A stretch of 64,000 nt of DNA, taken from the NCBI RefSeq assembly GCF_009914755.1, contig NC_060934.1. One strand, written 5' to 3'. Numbering within the stretch: position 1 is the stretch's first letter; each line of letters starts with the position of its first letter. Source of the DNA: the human T2T-CHM13v2.0 reference genome, Homo sapiens. Below are positions 14,701 to 27,878 of the stretch, piece after piece. The notes under the pieces are model-generated. The model worked only from the letters and a program-made list of their open reading frames with translations, did no database searches and was not told the origin of the DNA. Position numbers and translations under genes: made by a program.

Positions 14701-16626
14701 TTCTACCCATTCTTCCTTTGAACAGGAAGAGAAACCAAGTCAAACTAGCTGCATAATGAAGTTTGACTTTTTAGTTTCAGGTGTCTACTCCCAAGTGACT
14801 GCAGTCTCCATGTCTCTTAATTCATGCTCTCAAGAGAGAGAGAATCTGATCAGTCACTGGTCAGCTGTCCAAGTCAGATGTTTGTCCCTCTTTTGGGTGA
14901 TAGGATGACCTAGGTATGTATGTGTATGGATTGGGGGAGGTTGAACTGGCTCTATCCAAGTTTGGGATCCCGTGGTAGGGATCACCTTTCCAGGAACAAT
15001 GGATGGGAATGTTTCCCTCTGAAGGCTCTGTGAAAGAAAGGCAACAATGTTCATCTAGGACAACACTGTAGACCATAGAGAAAAGTCTAGATTCTTTAGT
15101 AGACATTTACAGAAAGCAAAAGAATTAGCTGTTAAAACCACAAAGTTTTCATTTTAACATTTAAGGCAACTCCCACTCATGACTTCAAAGCATAATATCC
15201 ATAAGGCTAAAGTAATCAGAATATTTTTGCATTGCTACTGATTTTGAATTATTTAAAAATGAGTATGTATAGCAATCATTTCACAAATAAAATACTTACC
15301 TAAACATCTCATCCTGAATTGGCAGAGAAAGACTGCCTGGATCAACAGAGTCACCAGACAAAAGGAGACTGGGTCCCTGAGTGACTGCATGGAACAGACT
15401 TATACCCCTACCCTTAGTCACATTGCACAGTGATGTAAATGAAAAATGTATCTTTATCAGGAAACTGAGATTTGGAGTTAGTTTGTTAAAGCAACTTAAG
15501 TTGCTTACTTAGCGATGCAAACGGGAATGATATGCATCATTTCTAGGCCTGGCCTGTACGTGCCTCTCCCTAACTCTGGATCAGATGCATCCTACCCACT
15601 CTGTAAGTCTGGGTCCCTGAGTGACTGCAGAAAAGGGTTCCTGCTGACCTGCTCACAGCAAAGTACTGCTATGTTAGCAAGAATTGAATATGTGTTTACG
15701 TAATTATACATTTTGGAGTGTACTGTCACAGCTGTTAGCCTACCCTAAATAGCAACCAACCATTCTTGGTAAGTGAGAATTTGTCATATATTATCCTTTA
15801 TTTTATATCTGCCCTAAGTTAATAAAGGAATAAAGATACTCATATGGACAAGTTTCAAGTGAATTTTCAAAAAATAATTGTATATAAACTACTTTTCTTT
15901 AAGTAACCAAAATAAGCTTTTCTATAAGGCTTCCAAATTCTGTGTTTGTGAAAAAAGCCTGAAAGACTCCCATATTTTGTTTTTTATGTTGTCCAGAGGA
16001 TAAAAACCAGTGTAAGCAGTAGAAATTGTTATTTCTCTGATATTTTATAGTTGCATATATTTTACCAAATTTTTCTAATTTAAAATTTCATAAAATAACC
16101 TTTTCCTTTTAGATATTTAGAGCTATTTTTTCTTATTTTTGGGTTGAAAACAGCTCTACTAACATAAACTTATTGCTTAATAGATTATGTAATCTTACAA
16201 ATGTAACTTTAGAATTCACAAAATAGATAAGTAGAAAGGACCAAAAGGAAAAAAACATTTAAATAAGATATGCATAGTGAGTTGTGGAATAAAATAAGAG
16301 TATCGAGGTTGGTATGCTAGAAAGGAGGCTATTCTCCTTAATCATCCTCAATGATGCCTTTATAAGTTGTCATCTTGATTTTGTAAGTTGTCTTCTTAAT
16401 TTTTCTTCCTCCAAATAGAAGCCTTTCATCATATACAGTGTTACGAATACTGAAAATATTTCTCACTGGGAATAACTGCAAATGTCATGGGCCACAGGAA
16501 AATACATCTTTTGCATTTGTGGAGCTCAGAAACAATGTGTTGGAGACAGTTTAGAGTAGCAAGAAGGCACGTGTTACTATTTCCAGTTCAAAATACTTAA
16601 CAGTTTTCAAAGTTGTGCTGTTGGTA

Positions 16627-16633
16627 TCATGCG
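16627..16633 (-). CDS. ENKUR: ENKUR coding exon 6 (C GCA TGA: completes N255, A256, stop) followed by 3'UTR
   Basis: Polypyrimidine T tract + ctgcag acceptor (AG = 16634-35); frame closes at 771 nt. Confidence 0.85.
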
Positions 16634-16992
16634 CTGCAGAAAAAAAAAAAAAAAAGTGAAGTTCTGAGTGCTGACTTTATTTTTCAGGACCTAGAAATTA
16701 ATGTTTATGTGAAACAAGTACATAATAATAATGAATTACATTGTGGAACTGGAACACATATTCTCAAATTTAATAGTTTATATGTGGAAAACGTGACACT
16801 AGTAAAAACAAAATTTCTTCTTGTGTAAGTGAATAACTCAATTATTCTTTGCATATTGCCTAAGCATTCTGATTAAGACTATTTTTATTCTCTTCATAGT
16901 ATTTTCCTTTTTGAAAAACTTGGAGTTTTTTATATTTTCCATGTTTTTTTCCCCTACATTGAAATTGTTATACTTTAAAGATCCATTCTTAC

Positions 16993-17162
16993 TTATTGGC
17001 AATATAAATAATCTTGTGCTTTTCAATTATGCCAATGTCGTGTTCTAGTTGTTTCATTTCTTCTTCCAGCCTCTGCTTGCGGATCTTCTTTGGTATAGAA
17101 TCTATAAAGACCGAGAGGGACTGGAATTCTTTATGCACCTCTTCCCAGTTCTTTTTCAGCCC
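16993..17162 (-). CDS. ENKUR: ENKUR coding exon 5 (GLKKNWEEVHKEFQSL...KHKIIYIAN), enkurin domain
   Basis: 170 nt, ttgcag acceptor, gtaag donor, in frame with exon 4; peptide visible in ORF 16989..17441. Confidence 0.95.
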
Positions 17163-18080
17163 CTGCAAATGGTCAAGAAACTTGTAAATACCAAAGCAAA
17201 CTGCAAAAGTAAAGGAAATGGGAAAAGCTAATTGGTAATGAAAAATGTCAATAAGTAAAAGAAACTGACAAAAATAACTTCTAAAATGAAATGTATTTAT
17301 CAAGTACTTGGCCACGGTAACCAAAAATACTGTACAGAGGCCAAATCCCATCCTTGACTGTGTGCTCAGTTCCCACTGGGAGTATTTGTTTGCTCTGCTT
17401 TTGTTGTTACTGTACTTGTTTTTACCATCAAAAATGTACACGCAGAGTTATGAGTAGTGTGAAGCTAAAGCTCACAGCAAATGCATGGGTAAAAAACAAC
17501 TTAGAATGATATCCTCGAGTCAAAAACATTTTTGAACAGAAAATTGTTTTGTAAAATTTTATTTTTTATCCTCATTCTTCAACAGACAAATCACATAAAA
17601 GACCTAATTCTGATGTGGATGGCTATATTTTCTTATATCTAACAAATGGGATTGTAAAATTGCCAAAATTCACTTGTACAAAAGATGATCTTCTAAGTGT
17701 CCTTTCAATATATTAGAAAGAACCAATTGCCCTCCATATAGTCAAGGGATCTACAGTTCCCATTAATGTATTCTATAAATGATTGAAAGGTCATTAAATG
17801 TAACACACATGCTAATTCAATAATGTAGCTAACAGTTTCTATTCTCAGAAATCAACAAATTCAAAATTAGGGATCTCTTAGGAGCAATAAAAGTTATTTC
17901 TGTTTCTGCATAATTATCATTTTTTTATCACAGTGCCCTATGGGCTCCACAGACAAAATGGTCTTAAACTAGTAATTAAATTAATTCAATGAAATTTTAT
18001 AAGTCAACACTTTTTAATTATTCATTATGGGCACATAGATTATTTTATTTACACAAAAGCAAAACAGAAAGTGCAATTTA

Positions 18081-18356
<276 letters not shown>

Positions 18357-19269
18357 TTAAAATACTGCCTTGAAAACATGGTCTTTGAAAACTATGGCCA
18401 TACATTTAGGTGTAAAAGAGGATTACAAGTGTCTTATATAATTATGCTGTCATAGTAAGCTCTTGTACAAATTTAATCTTGTAGAAACTTTCAGGGACAA
18501 TACAATTTCACTGATTTATTTCCATGCTTAGATAAAAGGGATGATGACAGGTCAGGGCACACTGTATAGAAGAGGTTGGTTGGGGAAAAGGGCAACAAAT
18601 TATGAGGCCTTCTTGAGTGAGCTAAGGATCTGGGAAAGGGAAAGGATAGAAGAAAAAGTATCCAGGTTAAATTTTAAAAAGAGGAGGCTACACAGTTCTT
18701 GACAGTGTATGCGATGTATTCCAAAAAGAAGCCCTCAAAAGAATTCTATTTCTCCACAGCCTTTCATTATGAAATGTGAAAGAGGTTCCCACAGTGCTCC
18801 ACAGGAGTGGCTATTGCAGAGAGGAAGTCTATGTATTTGTACATTTGCGGATATCAAAGGTTTTTCATAGCTAGTTGGGTGATGTTTCCATATTACTTGC
18901 AGTCACAGCAGCTACAGTTTTTCTCTGTATTTTCTTTTAAAGGATAGTTTGCTTTTATCTTCCAGTGTGTACAATAACGTTTGGATCAAAGTCAACAGCC
19001 AGGGATGGAAACTAAATGTAGCTAATATTTCATATTATATTGAAATACGCTACGTGCTGACTTTAAGAGGTTTTTTCATTATTTCATCTAAAAAGATACT
19101 TCATGTGTTGCAGCAATAGTGATTTTCCCTTATTGTTAATTCTTAATTTTCCTCTCTTCTATTTTAAAGCTGAAATAATATCGTTCATTTTGGAAAAAAT
19201 TCAGACAGGGAGAAGTGATCTTATAATAAGAAGTTTTCAGTTTCATGCTCCTTTTGCACCCTCGCCCAC

Positions 19270-19934
19270 CCCCAAACATTCTCCACCTTGTGGGGTGCTC
19301 CCAGCTCTTTCGCCCTCTGGCCTGAGTTCAGCCACAGAAGGCCCTGGAGGGTGGAGAGTGAGGTTGGGGCATTTCTCCTCCTCTCCTAGGACAGTCTAGA
19401 CATGGGTTCTAGCTGCATTCATCTGTGACTATGACCCTCAGCCCAGCTCCAGCTCTCACTGGATTCTGACAACACTGCTTCTTGTGCCTGCTGCCTTTCA
19501 AGCGTAGGTGGTGGTAAATTCCTACTGTCCCTGCTCCTGGGGTGCCTCAGTGCTTCTTGTTGGTTCCCTTAACCCTACTTCACTTCTGTCAATAATTCCT
19601 TCATAAATTCTCTTCAGTGGCCACTGCTCATGCCTGCAATCCCAACACTTTGAGAGGCTGAGGGAGGAGGATTGCTTGAGGCCAGGAATTTGAGACCAGC
19701 CTGGGCAACATAGTCAGACTCCCTCTCTAAAAATAAAAAAATGAAATAAAAAAAAATCAGCCAGGCATGGTGGTATCCCAGCTAGCAGTGAGCCGTGATT
19801 GTGCCACTGCACTCCAGCCTAGGCAACAGAGCAAGACTGTCTCAAATAAATACATAAAATAAACAAACATAAATTCTCTTCCAAGTCCTAGCTGAGTGTG
19901 CCTTCGATTTCCTGCTGGAGCCCTGACTGAAGTA
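19270..19934 (+). mobile_element. ERVL-type LTR (LTR33-like) interrupted by Alu
   Basis: ttggttcccttaaccct...ttcctgctggagccctgactga 3' LTR motifs recalled from the LTR33/LTR16 family. Confidence 0.5.
19619..19868 (+). mobile_element. Alu (AluJ-like, internal deletion in right arm)
   Basis: TSD cataaattctcttc. Confidence 0.88.
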
Positions 19935-20195
19935 GCCTCCCTTTGTTACCTCCTCTGCAAGTATGTGTTCTGTAGTGGGGGAAACACCAGCCTGGCAATT
20001 GGTAAATGAGTTTTAGTCCCTATTGATGTACTTGATAGTTTTGTGACCAAAGAGAAATGAAAATCAAACTCTAAGTTCACTGACACTGAGGACTGTGTTT
20101 ATTTTGCTCTGTACAGTATCCCTCTGGCTGGAACACACTAGATATTCAATAAATAAATGAATGAACAAAGGGGCCCACAATGTATTTGTATTAAC

Positions 20196-20489
20196 GGCTG
20201 GGCAGATTGGCTCACGCCTGTAATCCTAGCACTTTGGGAAGCCAAGGCGGGTGGATCACCTGAGGCCAGGAGTTTAAGACCAGCCTGGGCAACACAGCGA
20301 AACCCCATCTTTACTAAAAAATACAAAAAAATTAGGTGGGCGTGGTGGTGCATGCCTGTAGTTTCAGCTACTCGGGAGGCTGAGGCATGAGAATCATTTG
20401 AACTTGAGAGGTGGAGGTTGCAATGAGCCAAGATCATGCCACTGCACTTCAGCCTGGGTGACAGAGCAAGACTTCATCTCAAAAAAAAA
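20196..20489 (+). mobile_element. Alu
   Basis: Full dimer whose tail runs into an AT microsatellite. Confidence 0.92.
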
Positions 20490-20748
20490 TGTATATATAT
20501 ATATATATGTGTATATATATATTTATATATATGTGTATATATATTTATATATGTATATATATTTATATGTGTGTATATATATTTATATATGTGTATATAT
20601 ATATTTATATATGTGTATATATATTTATATATGTATATATGTGTATATATTTATATATGTGTATATATATTTATATATAAGTAAAATTTATTTTTTATAT
20701 TGTACATATGTTATATATAATTTATTTATATATAAAATACGTATAAAT
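20490..20748. repeat. (TA)n/(TATG)n compound microsatellite
   Basis: Direct inspection; a second pure (AT)n lies at ~20917-20960. Confidence 0.95.
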
Positions 20749-20749
20749 A

Positions 20750-20916
20750 GAGAATTTTGCAATTTAATTGGTGAGAGGAACTACGGATCTATGTACATGT
20801 AGAGATATGAATGTGTGTCTGTGTGCAGCTCCTCAGTTTCATAAGGTTCCAATGCACTAGTCACCACTGGAGGATTATAGATCTTTAGCTGGCCTGAAAA
20901 TGTAGAGTGACACAGC

Positions 20917-20962
<46 letters not shown>

Positions 20963-21812
20963 CTCATTTTAAAAATGAGAAGTTTGGAATCACTAGACCA
21001 GATGATCCTGTCCAGGTATAATGAGACTGTTATTTTATGAAGAATGAGCAGAATGTGGCTTACTCAGGGACATACAACCAGATTGTCATCGAACTACATG
21101 CAACTCTTGCCTAGGGAAGGAAGTGTGGCTCAGGGCTCGTCAGGAGGCCAGCCGGTGGCTTTGTTACTATGGCAGCTCTGCTCCCTGGCTCATAAGGTGT
21201 CCAGTGGATGATTTGCTATCATCACATCAAAGGGTAACTCTGTAGCGACCGTAATGGGAAGCTGAGGGCTGCTTATCTCCTACAGCCAAAAAGACACAGA
21301 AGGGAAGGACCTGTCACTTCTAAGTTCTTTGTCATATTCTTATTTTTCAGCATCATTTAGGTGTAAAAACCTGGCTTTCACAAAGGCACGTACTTTCTGA
21401 AAATGGGAAAATCCAAATGAGAGAGACAGAATGGGCCACAGACGAGAACTCTCCCTGAAAATGACATGCCAATTCTCACTTCCATGTCTGCCAGCCTTCC
21501 TTCCTGCCTGTCTGCCTTCCTCCTTTGCAGCAGACCATTTCTGAACATCTGCGTTTTCACTGGGCACTGTGCTAGGCACTGGGGATGCTGCTGTCAGCAA
21601 AGAGACACCGTCCTTGCCTTTGAGCCACTCCTACTGTCTGGGACATGCCGTCACTCTACATTTTCAGGCCCAGCTAACGATCTACAATCCTCCAGGGGTG
21701 ACTAGTGCCTTGGAACCTTATGAAACTTAAGAGCTGCACACATACACATATTCACATCTATACATGTACATAGATCCATAGTACCTCTCACTAATTAAAT
21801 TGCACAATACTC
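20750..21812. repeat. Inverted repeat: arms 20750-20911 and 21650-21812, ~740 bp spacer
   Basis: Reverse complement of the right arm aligns to the left arm, ~14 differences in ~155 bp by eye. Confidence 0.93.
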
Positions 21813-22695
21813 CACTGCAGATATTTTAAAAAATCTTATGCCTTTTAAAATATCCTCAGGGTTTAGCATTTAAGAAATGTTTATTGATGATTATGATGAC
21901 ATTGATAAAATGTTCAGAAGTTGTAACAGCATATGAATCCATTTTTCAACAGAGATTAATAATAAACTAGAAATGGCTTCGTGGGATGCTTTCAAAATGA
22001 AAAATAAACAAAGAATTAAGTATTATTTCTGCCTCTATAAGAGACAGTATGACTATAAAAAGTACAAAGAGGTGTTTAATTAAACGCTCATACAAATGAT
22101 GAAGCAGAAACTCTTACACCCCCTAATATTTTAAATGCTTCAGATAAAAGCCCTGCATTAAAAAATCCAATATAAATATATCTTTAAGTCTATGTAATTA
22201 AAAACAAGAAAAACATATGTGAAACCTAGCACCTGTTTATTTAAAATTTTGGACATTTGCCTTATAGGAAAGGAAAAAAAGTTGTTTTAAGGACAGTTTC
22301 AATTATTCTAGAGCTCCATCTAGTGAAAAATATCTAATTTATGAATATTATTTTTCACAAACTCAGGGGCATAAAAATGAAAATAAAAATGCTTTATTTG
22401 CTTCATTTCATGCATGTTCGTTGTAGAGGAAGGTAGGCTTCCTTACAACACTAGTTCAGGAAAAAAACAGTTCACCAAATTGGAAATAAAATATTATTAA
22501 ATGAATCCCTATATCACAACTTTTTGCTCTCTCCAAAGAGTCAGCTTTGCTGTATGTAGTTTTTAACTGTAACCCAAAGAGATTGTTCTGATTTCAAAAT
22601 CCAAGTGCTGACTTTAATCATCAAAGTGATGGTACACCTTTCTTTCAGAGATGATCCAAAGAGTTACAGATGAATGTAAATGGCAGAACACACAC

Positions 22696-22842
22696 CTGCA
22701 AAACTGCCTCCCTTTCTTCATCGGAGAGCCTTTTCATAGCTGCTTTCTTAAGGTTTTCCTGGATATAACGATCATAGTCTTCTTGGGCTTTCTTTATTTC
22801 CTCGTTTCGCTTACATATGTATTCAGGTGTGACACCATAATC
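22696..22842 (-). CDS. ENKUR: ENKUR coding exon 4 (DYGVTPEYICKRNEEIKKAQEDYDRYIQENLKKAAMKRLSDEEREAVLQ)
   Basis: 147 nt, ttttag acceptor, gtgtgt donor, phase 0/0, open frame; not in the ORF track. Confidence 0.93.
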
Positions 22843-23044
22843 CTAAAAAGATTTTGCAGAAAAAAGTAATCAATATTTTGTATGCAATCTTACATATGGG
22901 TACGTATCAACTGATGATGGAAGAAAAAGAAATGGTACAGACTAAATCCTTTGTTCAAAACCCTGTAAATTGACAAAATTCAGTGACTTTTTTCCCTCCA
23001 TTGAGAGCTAGTAGATTCCTGCCTTTTAAAATGGAGTTGTTATT

Positions 23045-23343
23045 GCCCAGGCATAGTGGCTCACACCTGTAATCCCAGCACTTTGGGAGGCTGAGGGGTG
23101 GGGGGGTGGATCACTTGAGGTCAGGAGTTCGAGACCAGCCTGGCCAACATGGTGAAACCCCGTCTCTACTAAAAATACAGAAATTAGCCAGGCATCGTGG
23201 CATGTGCCAGTAGTCCCAGCTATTCGGGTGGCTGAGGCACAAAAATCTCTTGAATCTGGGAGGCAGAGGTTACAGTGAGCCAAGGTGCCACTGCACTCCA
23301 GCCTGGGTGTCAGAGTGTGACTCCATCTCTAAATACATAAATA
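23045..23343 (+). mobile_element. Alu (AluS-like)
   Basis: TSD aaatggagttgttatt. Confidence 0.92.
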
Positions 23344-23423
23344 AATGGAGTTGTTATTGCAGTTGCTTGTTTTCCCTTTTCTGAATGTTTCCCACGCCTG
23401 CTCCTGGCTGATACTTTACTCCT

Positions 23424-23554
23424 AAGAGTTGGCTTTTCTACCTTCTACGTTCTTCAGTTTTTACCTGAAATATCTTGAATAAGATATTCAAGAGTTGGCT
23501 TTTCTACCTTCTACCTTCTACATGCTTCAGTTTTTACCTGAAATATCTTGAATA
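23424..23554 (+). repeat. Near-tandem duplication (~58-65 bp x2)
   Basis: aagagttggcttttctaccttctac...cttcagtttttacctgaaatatcttgaata at 23424-23481 and 23490-23554. Confidence 0.9.
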
Positions 23555-23611
23555 TTTTGAAGTCTCTTTTTCGTGGTCTCGTTAAAGAAAAGACAAAGTC
23601 TTTGAAAACTT

Positions 23612-24275
23612 ATGCCTCCATCCTGTGCCTATAAAACCCCCCGAGACCCTAGCAGGCAGGCACACAAATGGCTGGACGTCGAGAGGAACACATCAATGGA
23701 AGAACGTATAAGTGGAGGCTGTTGACAGGGGCGTGCCAACAAAAGAGCACACCAATGGGCACCAGCATGCCGGCAGGCCATCGATCAGTGGAACAACGCA
23801 GAGTTTGGCCGGGGTGGTGGGAGGAGAGCCCGGGCCACAGAGCTGCCCGGCTCCAGGGAAAAACCATCTCCCTTCTGGCTCTCCCATCTGCTGAAGCTAC
23901 TTCCACTCAATAAAACCTTGCACTCATTCTCCAAGCCCACGTGTGATCCAATTCTTCAAGTATACCAAGGCAAGACTCCTGGGATACAGAAAGTCCTTTG
24001 GAAGCCCTCTGTCCTTGTCATAAGGCAGGGAGTCTAATTGAGCAAACACAAGCCACCTATGGACAGCTAAACCAAAAGAGCACCCTGTAACACACGCCCA
24101 CTGCGGCTTCAGGAGCTGTAAACATCGACCCATAGACCCTGCTTTGGAGTCAGAGCCTCACAACCTGCCCTTCGGCATGCTCCCCCTAGAAGTGTGAGCA
24201 GTGGGGCACTGAAGAAGTGAGCCACAGCCCTATGGTACACTCTGCGAGGGGAATAAGGGAATTTTCCCATGTCAC
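23612..24275 (+). mobile_element. ERV1-class LTR, 5'-truncated (LTR1/MER52-related)
   Basis: GC-richer block with cctataaaa TATA-like motif, aataaa at ~23909 and LTR-like 3' end; family name from recall. Confidence 0.65.
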
Positions 24276-24611
24276 AACGACTGACAGTGAAGCCATCAGC
24301 TGTGATTCTTTCAGCTTAGTAAATGCGTTTGATTTCACCATCTATAGAAACAGAATTACTATGTATTCCTTCTTCAAAAGATGTTTGAGAATGTACTTGG
24401 TGCTAGGAATACTAGTGAATAAAAAAGGCAAAGTTTCCGTCTTCAGGGAATTTGCATTCTATGGTGACAGAGACTCACCAAAAATAGAGAATGAAATAAT
24501 ATGTATGTGTTCTGAAGTAAAATAAAGAAGGATAGTGGGGGAAAAGAAAATAATAGGGGCTATTTTAGATAAATAAGGAGGTCGGGGAGGAACTCTCCGA
24601 AGAAGCAGCAG

Positions 24612-25000
24612 TTGGGAGGTATGGTAGTCATTAAAATTCTGACAAATATTCTGTTCTCCTTCTAGACACTTGGTAGGACAACACTTTCCTGTGTTGTCCT
24701 CATAAAGTAAGATGTAGCCATATGCCCTGAATTGCTCAGTGTCAGTGGAGGTGACCTCTGCCACTTCTCGATAGGAGTCTTAAGAATTAGTGGATGACTT
24801 GCTGTGTCTTTTCCTGTCTGGTCTAGTGACAAGCAATGTTTAGATTTTTCTGGGTCCTGGAAGAAGGACAAGAAGCAGAGCCTGTAACAACCCTCAAAGG
24901 GCACGTGGCAAAAGCAAACAATAACACTTTGTTGCTTTAAGTTACTGAAATTTGGGGATTGTTTGTCATCACAGTGTAACTTAACCCATCCTGACTGAAC
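24612..25000 (+). mobile_element. MLT1-type MaLR LTR
   Basis: ctttgttgctttaagttactgaaatttggggattgtttgtcatcacag...cctgactgaac 3' end. Confidence 0.6.
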
Positions 25001-25245
25001 AAGGGATAGAAATCCTAGATATAAATGTGTTCTGGAAGCTGCAGAGGACAATACAAATAGACTCTGGGAGGCCAGTATTCTGGTCAGCTGGTGCAGTGAG
25101 TGAGACAGGCCAATCCACTTCAGGAAACACTGAAGGAAACACCTCATTACAGCTTAGTACAATAATGGAGCTTCATCATGATGATTCTGCAGGATCACAG
25201 AAAGATTAAATTATATTTGGCATACTCTGTTTAAGAAAGAGAATG

Positions 25246-25375
25246 ACTGGGCGCAGTGGCTCAAGCCTGTAACCCCAGCACTTTGGGACAGCTAGGCAGG
25301 AGAACTGCTTGAGCCCAAAAGTTCAAGACCAGCCTGGGCAACATAGTGAGACTCCATCTCTAAAAAAAATTAAAT
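25246..25375 (+). mobile_element. Alu monomer (FLAM-like)
   Basis: Single left-arm unit; TSD aagaaagagaat / aagaaagggaat. Confidence 0.85.
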
Positions 25376-26569
25376 TAAGTGTTTTTAAAAAGAAAGGGAA
25401 TGGTGTGATACAGTTCAGAAAAAAAACTCACAAATGAGCAAAAGCTTCAATGATCTGAAATATTCCTATGGGCTGAATCACCGGAGGCTAATGCATACTG
25501 TTAATAAAATTGCATATATTATACTATTCACTCTTTGTTCTTTTATTAGGTGTCACATTTTGTGTCAAGTGCTCAATATACTTTATATAATTTAATCCTC
25601 ACTACAACCCTGTGATAAATCCAATGGATTGTTGGAAATCACAGTTACTAAGTGGCAGAGTTAGACTTTGAAAGAATGTCTTTACTGGTATTGCTAAATA
25701 CCTCATGTGATCATCTATCCTTGCTTGTTTTCAGAAATTGTTTCTCATGGTATGAATGGCATATAATTCACTTGGAGCTGAAATGGGAGTTCACTCATTT
25801 TATAAAAATATGACATTGACTTTAAAAGAATTTATTTACTATCTCACCTACCAATGATAGATCTTTAAAACTTAACTCTGATAAGGGAAAAGTAAATTGA
25901 GTAAGTCTTTCATGAGCACTGATTGCTTAGTCAGCAACACCAAAAGGGCATTAGGTGCACAGTGCTTTCATGGTTTGGTAAACTCTGGTATTTTTCTGTT
26001 TCCATGATGGATACTCCAAATTTCCTGTTGAAGGTAGAAAATGCATTCAAGTGGACAGCTTAGAGAGCAGCCAGAAGGGAGGGGCAGAGTGTGTGACAGG
26101 TGGTGGCATGACCAGTAAAGACTTTTCATATGATCATGGAGAAATAATGGACTGGAAGTGGCTTTAAGAGCCATGAGAGTGAGTTTTCCACTTTTCCCTA
26201 TCCTGTGGGACAACGACTATAAAACAGTTTCCAGGGGCCACAGAAGGAGGAAGTACCTGGAGAAGCCTGAAGTAACTTTATTGGCTTATCCTGGGAACTC
26301 CTAGATTCCTGAGAAGACAGTGTCCTCTGAAAACAGCCTTGAGGGTCCTGTTTTGATTTTCCACTGGCATTGGATTTATCATGGTAGATCACTGGACTCT
26401 TCAATTTTAGGTCCCTGTACATCACTATTGCAATTTCTTTTCTTTTTTTCTTTATCTCTCTTCCTTTTTCTTTATCTCTCTCTTCCTTTTTCCTTCCTTC
26501 CTTTCCTTTCTCCCTCCCTTCCTTCATTTCTTCTTGATGCAACTTATTATTCTTTAGAATTCTGCACTC

Positions 26570-26861
26570 TTTTTTTTTTTTTTTGACACCGAGTCTCGCT
26601 CTGTCACCCAGGCTGGAGTGCAGTGACGCGACCTTGGCTCACTGCAACCCCCGCCTCCTGGGATCAAGCGATTCTCGTGCCTTAGCCACCCGAGTAGCTG
26701 GGATTACAGGCACACACCACCACGCCTGGCTAATTTTTGTATTTTTAGTAGAGATGGGGTGTCACCATGTTGGCCAAGATGGACTTGAACTCCTGACCTC
26801 AAGCAATCCTCCTGGCCTTCTAAAGTGCTGGGATTACAGTTGTGAGCCACTGTGCCCAGCC
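26570..26861 (-). mobile_element. Alu
   Basis: Antisense dimer with T tail. Confidence 0.92.
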
Positions 26862-26972
26862 TGCATTCATATTTTGTGTGTTTCAAGCACTTTTAAGCTT
26901 TATAAGTGCGCAAAATAAAGTAGCATTAAATAAGATTTTTTGTAAGCTTTTTTATTTTAAAGATCTGTATTT

Positions 26973-27261
26973 GGCTGGGTGCAGTGGCTTATGTCTGCAA
27001 TCCCAGCACTTTGGGAGGCTGAGGTGGGTGGATCACTTGAGGTCAGGAGTCAAGACCAGCCTGGCCAACATGGTGAAACCCCCTGTCTACTAAATATACA
27101 AAAAAATAACCAGGCCTGGTGATGCATGCCTGTAATTCCAGCTACTTGGGAGGCTGAGTGAGGAGAATCACTCGAGCCGGAAGTTGGAAGTTGCAGTGAG
27201 CTGAGATTGCACCATTGTACTCCAGCCTGGGAAACAGCATGAGAATATGTCTCAAAAAAAA
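26973..27261 (+). mobile_element. Alu
   Basis: Sense dimer; diverged TSD atctgtattt / atctatattt. Confidence 0.92.
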
Positions 27262-27878
27262 TCTATATTTAAACTATAATGTTCACCAATGAAATTACAC
27301 ACCTTTTCAGATACAAATGAAGGACCCAAAAGGACTAGATTATTGTACAGTACTTTCAAGTCTTTACCCAAAACCAAAACCAAATAAATATATTCATGTT
27401 AAAATAGGAATGTGAATTATTTATACTACACTGATGAGATGGATGGCTCTAAAGCTGCATTCTGCTTCATTTTTCTTATTCAGCTGCCAAGTTACTGCAA
27501 TTAATGACTAAATCTTAAGACCATCTGACAGCTTATTCCTTCTAGATTTACAGTAATGACTGCTTTTAGTGACATTTCCAACTAACCAAAAATATCTTTC
27601 AGAGAATGTTTATTAAAATTGTTAAATATGTTAATAATCAAAATTAAGGAAAACAATAACTTTTATCTACTGAACTATATGGAATTGTTTACTATGGGTT
27701 CTTTGTAACTTCATCCCATTACATTTGGACCAAACACAGATTGCAGAAGAATGAGAATCAGCAAAGTAGACAATGTGTCCAATGAGAGCACTAATAATGA
27801 TAACATAGATGATCATCATGAACACCATATTTAAATTATTTGAATTTCAGCCCTCTTATTAATATACCACAAGGCTAC

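Noticed and set aside
15370-15630. tgggtccctgagtgactgca occurring twice ~240 bp apart
   Set aside because: Short match within old LTR-like remnants; best explained by related TE fragments
16989-17441. 150-aa ORF as a standalone gene
   Set aside because: Only 16993-17162 is ENKUR exon 5; the rest is intronic read-through. The same applies to 27831-28118 and 31485-31808
20398-20802. Tyr/Ile-rich ORFs
   Set aside because: Translation of the (TA)n microsatellite
20750-21812. Interpretation as a DNA transposon with long TIRs or a miRNA hairpin
   Set aside because: No TSD, spacer contains unrelated old SINE/LINE debris and a microsatellite, and the loop is far too long for a pre-miRNA
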